A stretch of 64,000 nt of DNA from Macrostomum hystrix (Eukaryota > Animalia > Platyhelminthes): the NCBI GenBank assembly GCA_950097015.1, contig CATNEN010000001.1, positions 20,770,001 through 20,834,000 on the forward strand. Reading direction: 5' to 3'. The translations under genes and the position numbers were made by a program. The notes below the pieces were generated by a model, which was not told where the DNA came from, searched no databases, and saw only the letters and a program-made list of their open reading frames with translations. Of the stretch, positions 21,701-33,900 are shown one piece after another; within the stretch, counting starts at the first letter, position 1; each line of letters begins with the position of its first letter.

Positions 21701-24700
21701 ACATCGACGACTGTGCCGGCAATCCCTGCACAAACGGTCTGTGCACGGACCTTGTGAAGGACTACAACTGCAGCTGCTACAGAGGCTGGGAGGGCAAGAA
21801 CTGCTCAATCGACACAAACTACTGCCTACCGTTGCCCTGTCGGAATGGAGGCTTGTGCAGCGATGGAAACTCCACGTGAGGATCGCAAAGCACGAAAAGC
21901 ACTATAGGGTGGACTGAATTGTGATTTTATACAATTCTGATCTCTGCATCTTCATTTCAGGTTCACCTGCGACTGCTCTCGCACCGATTTTCAAGGCCCC
22001 ACGTGCAGCTCAAAGATCGACTACTGTCTGTCAAGTCCCTGTCAGAACGGCGGCAGGTGCATCGACGGTGTCAGAAACTACTCTTGTAACTGCTCAAGCA
22101 TAGACTTTTCTGGGCCGAACTGTCAATCTCGAATTGATGACTGCTCGCCCAACCCGTGCAGAAACGGAGCCGCCTGCGTTGATGAGTTCAGAGGCTACAC
22201 CTGCAGCTGCGATGCGGGGTTCGGCAGCAAGAACTGCAGCGTCAGGCTGACCGGCTGCGACTCCGCGCCGTGTCGGAATACAGAAATCTGCGAGCCGGTT
22301 CTCTTGAGAGAGTTGCCGACACCTGAGCACGGACACCTGTGCACCTGCGCCCCAGGATGGACGGGCCCTAAGTGCAACCTCACAACCCTAGTCTCACTTA
22401 ACGCCTCCACCAGCTTCAGCGCCCTGCTCAGCATCGGAGCCTCAAGCAGCTCGGCTGACTGGACCTTCGAGCTCTCATTCCGGAGCAGTCTCACCCAGTT
22501 CGATCTGATTCGGCTGTCCTCAGACTCGGGACTCATCCGAGTCGGTGCTCACAACTCCAGCCTCGTGCTGCTGCTGCTGAATAGCAGCTCATCGTCTGTG
22601 ATTGGTCAGACCAAGTGGCCAATCAGTGACCGTTTGGCTGCTGCTGATTGGCTCACACTGTCAGTCACCCTGACCAATGGCAGTGCGACACTGACTCGGA
22701 CAGGGTCGTCAGGAGTGAGGCAGTCTCTCACACAGCTGGTTGACGGTCTTTCGCACACATTCAAGCGAGGCTCAGTGTCAGTTCGGGTCGGAGGCGACGC
22801 AGCATCGACCAGTGGCGGCTTCCGCGGCTGCGTACGGGATGTGCGACTCGCGACTTCCAACTTGACATTTGTCGCCATGGAGACCACGGTGGAGTCGAGC
22901 AACGCGACCTGGGGAGTGTGCAGTCGATCGGTGCAGTGCGGCAGCCCATCGCCCTGTGAGCTGAGCACGAGCTCGAGGTGCTTGGATGTGTGGAATGACT
23001 TTGTGTGCCAGTGCGCAGCGGACTTTGGTGGCCGCAACTGCTCTGTGCGGCTTCCGTCGTTCTCATTCGGACTGGGTGGCAACGCGTCCTCAGCGAGCTT
23101 CGCGTCAGTGCCCGCCGTCTCAAGCGAGTTCGGCGGCGACTCGTGGACGATCGAGCTGAGGCTGGTGACTCTGTCTCCGGGAGCGTTTCTGATGCTGCTG
23201 GGCGACCCGAGCGACTCGGCGACCACTCCGCGACTGCTCGTTACGGTGAGTGAGGACTGAACAATGTTTGTGGTTTCTAGCAGATCACATTTTCGTACAA
23301 TGCCTCGTTGTCCTTCCTCAGATTGATTCCACTGGATGTCTGTCTGCCCAGATTCTGCTTAGCAACGGTCTTCTGGTCGCAACGCTGACGTCCTCGGACT
23401 CTGTGGCTACTGGGAACTTTGTCTCTGTGAAGATCTACTTGTCTATTTCAAATCGCGTGTTGTCGCTGACAGTTGCGTCGGCTGTAAAGTCAGCATCGCT
23501 GAACAGATTGAGTCCTCTGTCGCAGCCGTCGGGTCAGCTGATCGTCGGTGGCTTCAACGGAGCACCGTCAGCCAGGTGGGGCAGATCGAAACGATCTGTG
23601 TCGGTCCTGCCAGCCAGCGTGGCCTCCGCTCTGCCCGCCGGTACGACTGCATTCTTTGGCCTGCTCGCTGCTCTTCGAATAAACGGTGACCGGCCTCTGA
23701 TTTCGGGTCCCGTATCAGCCAGCTCGCTCAGCAGCCTCACAGGTGCCATACCTGCCACTTATTCTTCTGGAGTTACCTTAGCAACGCTGGAGAACAATGC
23801 TTGCGCTGTTTATGAGCCTTGCAAGAACGGGGCCACCTGCTCAAATGTGTTTCTCAACTCGTACTCGTAAGTGATCTCCGATCTTTCATTGAGTGTTTCT
23901 GTGATCAAAATGAATGTTCCACAAAGAGCGAATTTCGAATCCAGCTGCCAATGCCACCCTGGATATTCCGGAACCAACTGCTCAACGGACTATCCCGACT
24001 GCCATGAGAAGCCGTGCGGCAGTGAGGAAGTGTGCTTGGAGAAGAGCGACCCGGTCAATTACAATATAAAGATTCTGCCACCGCCATTCAATGGAGCTTT
24101 CAGCTACGGGTCGGCTGCTGGATTCACCTGTGTAAAATCGTATGGTAGGACAACAGCAAGCTTTCATTAGTTCTTTGAAATGGCAAAGTATTTGATAACT
24201 GGCGACTTTGTGACGGTATCTACTGGTTTTATGAATCAATTCAAGAAAAAAATGTGCAAATACACTCTTTACCTATCCTACTCACGAACTATTGCAGGGT
24301 ATCGGAACAGCTTCACAGGCTCAGCCTCACAAACTAACAGCTTCACCACCTCAGCCGGATTCTATGTGATTCTTGTCGTGGTTTCTGCTGTTCTTTCGGC
24401 TGCCATCTCTATCTCAGTTATTTTTCTTCTAATTAGACATGTAAGGGTCGCTGCTTTCTTTCTTGCATTGCTTATTTTGAGTTGATAAAACACAACAAAT
24501 TCCTTTACAGGGTCACTTGGCAAGAAACCGTTCTGATGACTATACCAATCGATCGCTATCAGGACATCAACAGCAGGTGACTTGGTGATTTTATTTATCC
24601 AGAAATCATTATTCTCTGAAAATGCAATTCTGTTTCAACAAGATTCTTCGAATCATCTTAGAAGCGGACTGATGGAGGCTTCGATGCAACGGTTGATGCA

Positions 24701-24928
24701 ACTTATACTATTGCTGACCGGAACACTGTGCCTGTAAGTCAGTTTTCCACACCTTCGTCCTCAATTATTGCCTGACTCAAACATGCGTCGGTTGCTTTTT
24801 AGACAGCCGAAAACAGCTGTTTGACACCCAGCAGTCCGCCGGTTGCCGCAGCTGAACTTGTCGAAGATGTGTACGACACGACAATCGACTCAAACTATGC
24901 CAACATGGACCAGAAATACAATTGCTAG
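18701..24928 (+). CDS. Gene C: SP-10xEGF-LamG-EGF-LamG-EGF-truncated EGF-TM-Tyr tail ending YANMDQKYNC (~1115 aa)
   Basis: Exons 18701-18791, 18883-19164, 21138-21330, 21531-21875, 21961-23245, 23322-23866, 23945-24144, 24298-24440, 24511-24576, 24662-24733, 24803-24928 are all GT-AG and in frame (3348 nt). Confidence 0.88.
19565..19775. repeat. 14-bp G-rich minisatellite in gene C intron 2
   Basis: (TAGAGTGAGGAGGG)n, partly degenerate. Confidence 0.9.
20110..20385 (-). mobile_element. Decayed non-LTR retrotransposon (LINE) reverse-transcriptase fragment
   Basis: Minus-strand peptides VTKGFKQGGPLSPLLLS (RT 'QGxPLSPLL' motif) and LTELQNGLDK / AEFCNSHKLEVNKEK ('LQ..LD...FC...L.VN..K' motif), broken by frameshifts and stops. 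Confidence 0.7.
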
Positions 24929-25344
24929 ACAGTTTGGCGCGCCTATTTAATCCTGGTTTGGTGCATAACATCTTGGTTTGTGCCTTCATGACATCATGCT
25001 GTCGCGGTTTTTAGATTTTTTTATGTGTCTCAGTGTTTTTTGCGCCGTTTCAGTAACAACGTTTTTTGTCATGTTTTATAATTTGTAAAGAAGAAAAACA
25101 TATTTCATGTTAAAACAAAAAATCTTAACGGTTTAAAGTTTTATAACCGTTTTTTAGTAAACGTGATTAAGAGTAATATTTTTATTGTTCTTCGTGTTAA
25201 AAACTAGAATGACGTATTTCAAGAAAAATGTATTTGCTATCTATAAGCTTAAATTTGAGCTTCATTATTGCTCCAAGAAGTAAAAGTAGTTCAATCCTTT
25301 ATTCATATATATTTACTTTTTTAACATGGAATCTGGTTTGAAGT

Positions 25345-26312
25345 CCTCGTGAGTTTGATAGACACTCGTGTGTCTGATGGACCCTTGTGAGTTTGATGGA
25401 CACTTTTCTGTTTGATGGAAACTAGTATGTTTAAGGACACTCGTGTGATTGATGGAAACTAGTATGTTTAAGGACACTCGTGTGATTGATGGAAACTAGT
25501 ATGTTTAAGGACACTCGTGTGATTGATGGAAACTAGTATGTTTAAGGACACTCGTGTGATTGATGGAAACTAGTATGTTTAAGGACACTCGTGTGATTGA
25601 TGGAAACTAGTATGTTTAATGGACTCTCGTGTGATTGATGGAAACTAGTATGTTTAAGGACACTCGTGTGATTGATGGAAACTAGTATGCTTAATGGACT
25701 CTCGTGTGCTAGATGAACTCTCGTGTGCTTGATGGACACTCGTGAGTTTGATGGACACTCGTGTGTTTGATGGACACTCGTGTGCTTGATGGACTCTCGT
25801 GTGCTTGATGGACACTCGTGTGTTTGATGGACACTCGTGTGCTTGATGGACTCTCGTGTGTTTGATGGACACTCGTGTGTTTGATGGACACTCGTGTGTT
25901 TGATGGACACTCGTGTGTTTGATGGACACTCGTGTGTTTGATGGACACTCGTGTGTTTGATGGACACTCGTGTGTTTGATGGACACTCGTGTGTTTGATG
26001 GACACTCGTGTGTTTGATGGACACTCGTGTGTTTGATGGACACTCGTGTGTTTGATGGACACTCGTGTGTTTGATGGACACTCGTGTGTTTGATGGACAC
26101 TCGTGTGTTTGATGGACACTCGTGTGATTGATGGACTCTCATGTGTTTGATGGACACTCGTGTGTTTGATGGACACTCGTGTGTTTGATGGACACTCGTG
26201 TGTTTGATGGACACTCGTGTGTTTGATGGACACTTGTGTGTTTGGTGGACACTCGTGTGTTTGTTGGACACTCGTGTGCATGATGGACACTCGAGATTCA
26301 TGTGTGGACTCA
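25345..26312. repeat. 19-bp minisatellite (GATGGACACTCGTGTGTTT)n with 37-38 bp dimeric variant
   Basis: Tandem array downstream of gene C. Confidence 0.96.
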
Positions 26313-27990
26313 TGCCTGTGAGATGGATGCCATGAATTTTACATTGTCAAATTTTAGTTCTTACCAGCGAAGCGCTTTTCAAATATGTAAATAACTTTGG
26401 ATCCAATTTCAGCAGGGATTGGAAGCCGAGGGAGATGCCTGCGACTGCCTACTGACAGGACAGCGATAGCAGAATTGTCGCCGTCATTTGACGCCATCTG
26501 CCATGTGAGTGGCTAACAGGTGAATGAAATGTCACTCTAACAGAAACCTCACTCCATCTGAAGTGTCAATCAATCCTAAATATCAGTTTTTAATTGTCAC
26601 TCTGTTCGAAATATCATTCTATCAGATACTTCGCTCTATTGAACATGCAAATAGAAAATGAAATTCATCATTTTTTCCTTTAATCCATAGGAAATCCATA
26701 GTGTTTCGATTTGCACTTTTTTTACAAGCGACATTTATCGTCCATTCTAACACTAAGAATCTGAATTTTCTTTCAGTATATAATTTTTCAACAAACCTGG
26801 CATGCATTGTCAAAGAAGTTCAGAGTCCACCTGGGTTAGATTGGGTTAATTTATGATTTAGTTGCCATCTCCTGTTCTCAATGGCCTCGAAACCCACGGT
26901 AAAAGAGGTTGAGAGGTTGCCTGCTGCTGTGTCGCATTCTATATTTTATGTTCTGTTAAGTAAGTACCACATTCTGTACGACTGTAGTTGTGTTTCAGTG
27001 CTAATGCTGAGTCTTTCTCATGCTGAATTGGCAACTTATCCAGCTTTTGTTTTACTCGCCACATTAAATTCGCACCGAAATGTCTCTGGGTTGTGTGCTG
27101 CTGGCCAGAAAATGGGACAAATTGATGTAGAAATTAAGCTGGAGTATTTTGTGAGTGCATTGTTATCATGTCTACTTGTAGAATGCATACGTACACTATT
27201 AATGGTAATGCTGACCGTGTTAATTGCTTACCTAGTTTTGATCCCAGTACATTAAAAGCTCGTAGTTTGCATACATTTTGTGCCCATTGGAAGGTATTGT
27301 CATAACATCCGTAATTCTATTTATCTGCGCCCTTGTGCGTGTCAGACTCTGTAGACGACGCCATTGTGGACGACTACGTAGACTCTATTCTTCTATCTCT
27401 GTTATCTCGCGGCCCACTAAAACAAGCGAATGCTATGTGCTCAGCCAGCCAGTGGATTTTTAAAAGAACTCAGACTTTTACAATCCGAATAGAAATGCAG
27501 AGTTTCGCACAGCTTGCTTTTGTCTGTTTTGCAGCGGTCCAATTAAAACAGTGCTACATATTTTCTTGTCTCTACGACTTCCTTAATCTTATTTGGCATA
27601 GTCTGTGCAAAATCTCCCCGAAAGACAACAAATACCTTGAGACTCTCAGAGCAAGCTAATAATTAGAAGGGCCAAGCATAGCAACCTTGACGAAAGCGAC
27701 TTTATCGGCATCAAAAAACTCATTCGATTAGGTAAGTTGACATTTGTGATTACAGACACGGTTATCTACGGTTACAGACATTTTACAGACACAAACAAGT
27801 GCCTGTACCTGAGACCGATGATATATTGGAAAAGTGTGTATATGTGCAATTTTCTGTCACAAATAAAGTGCATCTCAAGCGACCAAGAAATGGGGAATAA
27901 ACCGGTAGCAATAAACGGTTTCTAACTAAATTAGAATTAAAATTGATAGGACTAGAAAGCACGGAGTTGAGAATCGACAACGCTTGAACT

Positions 27991-30900
27991 ATGCGGCCCT
28001 GTTACCTGAGGCCTGTGGTGCTACTGCTTGTTCTAACTGCTGCCTACAGCCTGCTTCCAGTGATCTACGCGGCAGCAGCGAGCCAGGTATTTACAGGTAA
28101 AAAGATGTTTGTGGAGCTTAATATCAATCCCTGAAACATCCCAACCCCTATGACATCCCAACCTCTGAGGCATCCCAATACCTGAAACTTCCCAATCCCT
28201 GAAGTTCCCAATCCCTGAAACTTCCCAATCCCTGAAACTTCCCAATCTCTGAAACATCCCAAACTCTGAAACTTCCCAACCTCTGAAACTTCCCAATCCC
28301 TGAAACTTCCCAATCCCTGAAACTTCCCAATCCCTGAAACTTCCCAATCCCTGAAACTTCCCAATCCCTGAAACTTCCCAATCCCTGAAACTTCCCAATC
28401 CCTGAAACTTCCCAATCCCTGAAACTTCCCAATCCCTGAAACTTCCCAACCTCTGAAACATCCCAACCTCTGAAACATCCCAATCTCTGAAACATCCCAA
28501 TCTCTGAAACATCCCAATCTCTTAAACCCTTCCCGATCGCTGCCCAAACTCTGAAACATCCCAACCTCTGAAACATCCCAATCTCTGAAACATCCCAACC
28601 TCTGAAACATCACAACCTCTGAAATATCCCAACCCCTGAAACATCTCAATCTCTGAAATATCCCAATTTCTGAAACATCTCAATCTCTGAAATATCCCAA
28701 TTTCTGAAATATCCCAACCCCTAAAACATGAAAACTTTCCTTAACACCCGAGCCCCTAAAACACACCTATTCATGACACTGCACACTGTACACTACAGCT
28801 AGACATTACAATCACCATGTAACCTGAACTCGCAGGCCTCAGTGAGAGTCTGGCTCTGTTATCTCGGCAGCGCAGTGCCCCCTGTGGCTCTTTCGATTGC
28901 ATGAACGGTGGGATTTGCAACTCCAGCGCTCCCAGCCCGGTGTGCACCTGCCCCAAGCCGTACACCGGAGACAACTGCAGCGCCGTGCAAAACTACTGCA
29001 ACAAACTGCAGCCCGAGATGAACATCACAGCACTGCCAGTGTGCCTGAATGACGCCAGCTGCACATCGACTGCAACGGACCCATTTTTCTCCTGCAGATG
29101 TACTAGTAACTATACGGGTGAGTTCACGGCGCTTAATTGTCAAACCCTTGAGCCTTCTCAAAGCCGTCTTACAGAGACCATAAAATGTTGATTCCCAATT
29201 TTCCTCTAATATCAGATGCAGAGAATGCATACTACTTGATGGCCCAAGATGATAATTTGGGACAGAAAATGTTGCTCAATACATTGTGGAGATTGACAAA
29301 ATTAGTGTTGGCTAAACCACTGCTTGGAAGAATGTGTTTAGTTACTTTTAATTAAATTATTTATTTATTGTTGCAATACATTTCATTTACATGTGATACA
29401 ATTACGAGTGCATATTCGCCAAAAAATACTTTTTTTAGTTTTGACATTTTCGTAAAATATCTCCAGGATAAATATTTTTAAATCCAAAGTAATATATTGA
29501 ATTCCATCACCTAAATTGCGTGCGACATGATTTTAGTAATAAAATTCTTTAAAAAAATCTTATTCAAACCGCACTATGGGGGTGAGTGACATTGCAGGCA
29601 ATTTGCACTCTACAGGGGGGTGGGTGGCAGAGGTCTAACGCATTTGCCTCTCGCTCCAAGGTTCCTAGGCTCGATTCGAGGCACATTTATTTTGGAGCGC
29701 AGCAGCGGAGAGATGGCTTGGAAGCTTGTCGTGCAATTTACGCCCTTGAGGGCCAGCCTCCAAGGCACAGTGCCTGACGATGAGAAAGTCAGGGCAGATG
29801 TACACACCTGTGTGAGTGTGTGCCTGCGTACAGTATCTGTGTGCGTGTGTGCCCATGAGCCAGCGAAATGAGCAGAATTGCCTACTCGCAGGCTGCGCTT
29901 CTACTTTCAATAAATAATGTGCCAGAGTACACACAAATATAAGCTTTTAAATATCATTATTATACCGCACTATAAAGAAAATGCTGGATATATTTTTTAA
30001 AGCCAATAAAATCCCTCCATAAATTCCCGAACTAAACTCACCAGGCCCAAGATGTGACACTGTCAACCTGTGCGCCTTCGCAAACCCATGCGTCAACGGG
30101 CAGTGCGAGGTCGCTTCCACCGGAGCCGAATGCCGCTGCTACACTGGCTGGGCCGGACCGAAATGTGATACAGACGTCGATTACTGCTCAACTGGGCCTT
30201 GCAAAAATGGCGGAAAGTGCATCGATGGAAACTCGACGTAGGCTTCATATTTTCTTTTATCGAATTTAAAATCCACGCGAGAAATCTTGAAGATTTAAGA
30301 TTCGGGTAAAGTTGAGAACTCGAGGACATTGCAAGGATGCAATCTACGTACCTCCGCGTCCACTGATGATTTATTAAATTTGCTCGATGAAGACACTCAC
30401 AGACAGAAGTCAAACTGATTGCAAAACGACCTACTCTGAATATTTCATTTTGACTCATATCTCGTGCATCTGTGTCAGATTCAGCTGCAACTGCTCAGCC
30501 ACGGACTTCTGGGGCACCAGCTGCACCAACTGGATCAACGACTGTCAGCCAGATCCCTGTACCAATGGCGCCACCTGTATTGACGGATTGAGAAACTTCA
30601 CCTGCAACTGTCAGGACGGCTACTCTGGAAGGAACTGCTCTGAGGATTTCCCCGACTGCAGCCCGAACCCTTGCGCCTTCAATGCCACGTGTCTGGAGCG
30701 CAGCAAGCGGAGCTTGTACGGCATCAGCTCGCTGCCCGCGCCTTTCAACGGCCAGTTTCGCTACTCCCAGGCTGCTGGCTACGTCTGCGATTTAGGTTAT
30801 GAGAACGGTGAGACATTTCTGGCTCCAGGTCGACAGGACGAGGTTTATACTGCTTTTTGAGATTTGCTTCAATTATCACGGTACTGTTTGTGCACTGTCT

Positions 30901-33900
30901 AACAGTTTGGAGCACTGTCTAACAGTTTGGAGCACTGTCTAACAGTTTGGTGCACTGTCTAACAGTTTAGAGCACTGTCTAACAGTTTGGTGCACTGTCT
31001 AACAGTTTAGAGCACTGTCTAACAGTTTGGAGCACTGTCTAACAGTTTGGAGCACTGTCTAACAGTTTGGAGCACTGTCTAACAGTTTAGAGCACTGTCT
31101 AACAGTTTAGAGCACTGTCTAACAGTTTAGAGCACTGTCTAACAGTTTAGAGCACTGTCTAACAGTTTAGAGCACTGTCTAACAGTTTGGTGCACTGTCT
31201 AACAGTTTGGAGCACTGTCTAACAGTTTGGTGCACTGTCTAACAGTTTGGAGCACTGTCTAACAGTTTGGTGCACTGTCTAACAGTTTGGTGCACTGTCT
31301 AACAGTTTAGGGCACTGTCTAACAGTTTGGAGCACTGTCTAACAGTTTGGAGCACTGTCTAACAGTTTGGAGCACTGTCTAACAGTTTAGGGCACTGTCT
31401 AACAGTTTGGAGCACTGTCTAACAGTTTAGAGCACTGTATAACAGTTTAGGGCACTGTCTAACAGTTTGGAGCACTGTCTAACAGTTTAGAGCACTGTCT
31501 AACAGTTTAGGGCACTGTCTAACAGTTTGGTGCACTGTCTAACAGTTTGGTGCACTGTCTAACAGTTTGGTGCACTGTCTAACAGTTTGGTGCACTGTCT
31601 AACAGTTTGGTGCACTGTCTAACAGTCTAGAGCACTGTCTAACAGTTTAGAGCACTGTCTAACAGTTTAGAGCACTGTCTAACAGTTTAGTGCACTGTCC
31701 AACAGTTTGGTGCACTGTCTAACAGTTTGGAGCACTGTCTAACAGTTTGGAGCACTGTCTAACAGTTTGGAGCACTGTCTAACAGTTTGGAGCACTGTCT
31801 AACAGTTTAGGGCACTGTCTAACAGTTTGGAGCACTGTCTAACAGTTTAGAGCACTGTATAACAGTTTAGGGCACTGTCTAACAGTTTGGAGCACTGTCT
31901 AACAGTTTAGAGCACTGTCTAACAGTTTAGGGCACTGTCTAACAGTTTGGAGCACTGTCTAACAGTTTAGAGCACTGTCTAACAGTTTAGGGCACTGTCT
32001 AACAGTTTGGAGCACTGTCTAACAGTTTAGAGCACTGTCTAACAGTTTAGAGCACTGTCTAACAGTTTAGAGCACTGTCTAACAGTTTAGAGCACTGTCT
32101 AACAGTTTAGAGCACTGTCTAACAGTTTGGTGCACTGTCTAACAGTTTGGAGCACTGTCTAACAGTTTGGTGCACTGTCTAACAGTTTGGAGCACTGTCT
32201 AACAGTTTGGTGCACTGTCTAACAGTTTGGTGCACTGTCTAACAGTTTAGGGCACTGTCTAACAGTTTGGAGCACTGTCTAACAGTTTGGAGCACTGTCT
32301 AACAGTTTAGGGCACTGTCTAACAGTTTGGTGCACTGTCTAACAGTTTGGTGCACTGTCTAACAGTTTGGTGCACTGTCTAACAGTTTGGTGCACTGTCT
32401 AACAGTTTGGTGCACTGTCTAACAGTCTAGAGCACTGTCTAACAGTTTAGAGCACTGTCTAACAGTTTAGAGCACTGTCTAACAGTTTAGTGCACTGTCC
32501 AACAGTTTGGTGCACTGTCTAACAGTTTGGAGCACTGTCTAACAGTTTGGAGCACTGTCTAACAGTTTGGAGCACTGTCTAACAGTTTGGAGCACTGTCT
32601 AACAGTTTAGGGCACTGTCTAACAGTTTGGAGCACTGTCTAACAGTTTAGAGCACTGTATAACAGTTTAGGGCACTGTCTAACAGTTTGGAGCACTGTCT
32701 AACAGTTTAGAGCACTGTCTAACAGTTTAGGGCACTGTCTAACAGTTTGGAGCACTGTCTAACAGTTTAGAGCACTGTCTAACAGTTTAGGGCACTGTCT
32801 AACAGTTTGAAGCACTGTCTAACAGTTTAGAGCACTGTATAACAGTTTGGTGCACTGTCTAACAGTTTGGAGCACTGTCTAACAGTTTGGTGCACTGTCT
32901 AACAGTTTGGAGCACTGTCTAACAGTTTGGTGCACTGTCTAACAGTTTGGTGCACTGTCTAACAGTTTGGTGCACTGTCTAACAGTCTAGAGCACTGTCT
33001 AACAGTTTAGAGCACTGTCTAACAGTTTAGAGCACTGTCTAACAGTTTAGAGCACTGTCTAACAGTTTAGTGCACTGTCTAACAGTTTGGAGCACTGTCT
33101 AACAGTCTAGAGCACTGTCTAACAGTTTAGAGCACTGTCTAACAGTTTAGGGCACTGTCTAACAGTTTGGAGCACTGTCTAACAGTTTGGAGCACTGTCT
33201 AACAGTTTGGAGCACTGTCTAACAGTTTGGAGCACTGTCTAACAGTTTGGTGCACTGTCTAACAGTTTGGAGCACTGTCTAACAGTTTGGTGCACTGTCT
33301 AACAGTTTGGTGCACTGTCTAACAGTTTAGGGCACTGTCTAACAGTTTGGTGCACTGTCTAACAGTTTGGTGCACTGTCTAACAGTTTGGAGCACTGTCT
33401 AACAGTTTGGAGCGCTGTCTAACAGTTTGGAGCACTGTCTAACAGTTTGGAGCACTGTCTAACAGTTTCGTGCACTGTCTAACAAGCTGTGCAGTCTAAC
33501 ATGCTGTGCAATGTCTGGCAGGTAAGGATCTTTCTTACTTTCTACAGAGATATAGATCATATTACTATATTACCCAGTATTTAGTATTTTCTTGAGTACT
33601 GTTTGTCTGTGATTACAAAAATTCCAGAGCTACACCAGAAGCTGCTCATTGGTTTGGCAATTGGCATTCCAGTCGGCATTGTTATTGGTGTCATCTTGGC
33701 CATAGTCGGCTTCGTTGTGTATCTTTATTTGCACAAACAGGTGAGAATCAACCAGAGCTTGTTGTGTTTCTGACAGACAGGTATTAATAAATCAATCAAT
33801 ACTCCTTCGCTGTTTCAGGGCAAGCTGTCTCTCGGCTACTTCGGAAATCCCATTAAAAAATACGTCACTGAGGTGAGCCTTCGAGACATTGTAAACCTGA

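Noticed and set aside
24860-24928. Canonical ITAM/ITIM calls for the tails
   Set aside because: Spacing and +3 residues do not match YxxL/I-x6-8-YxxL/I. Apart from SEYAAV in D, the motifs do not fit [ILVS]xYxx[LV]. Reported only as Tyr motifs.
26881-27659. Hydrophobic ORFs in the C-D spacer (duplicated at 50469-51245)
   Set aside because: AT-rich with no recognisable domain. Starts and frames differ between the duplicates, and the conservation is explained by the recent duplication.
28125-28730. 17-mer as an array of NF-kB or CSL sites (reverse strand TTGGGAAGTTTCAGGG)
   Set aside because: Only imperfect matches to either consensus, with no supporting evidence.
30890-33485. Palindromic 20-bp repeat array resembling CRISPR
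   Set aside because: There are no unique spacers and no cas genes, and it lies inside a spliceosomal intron.
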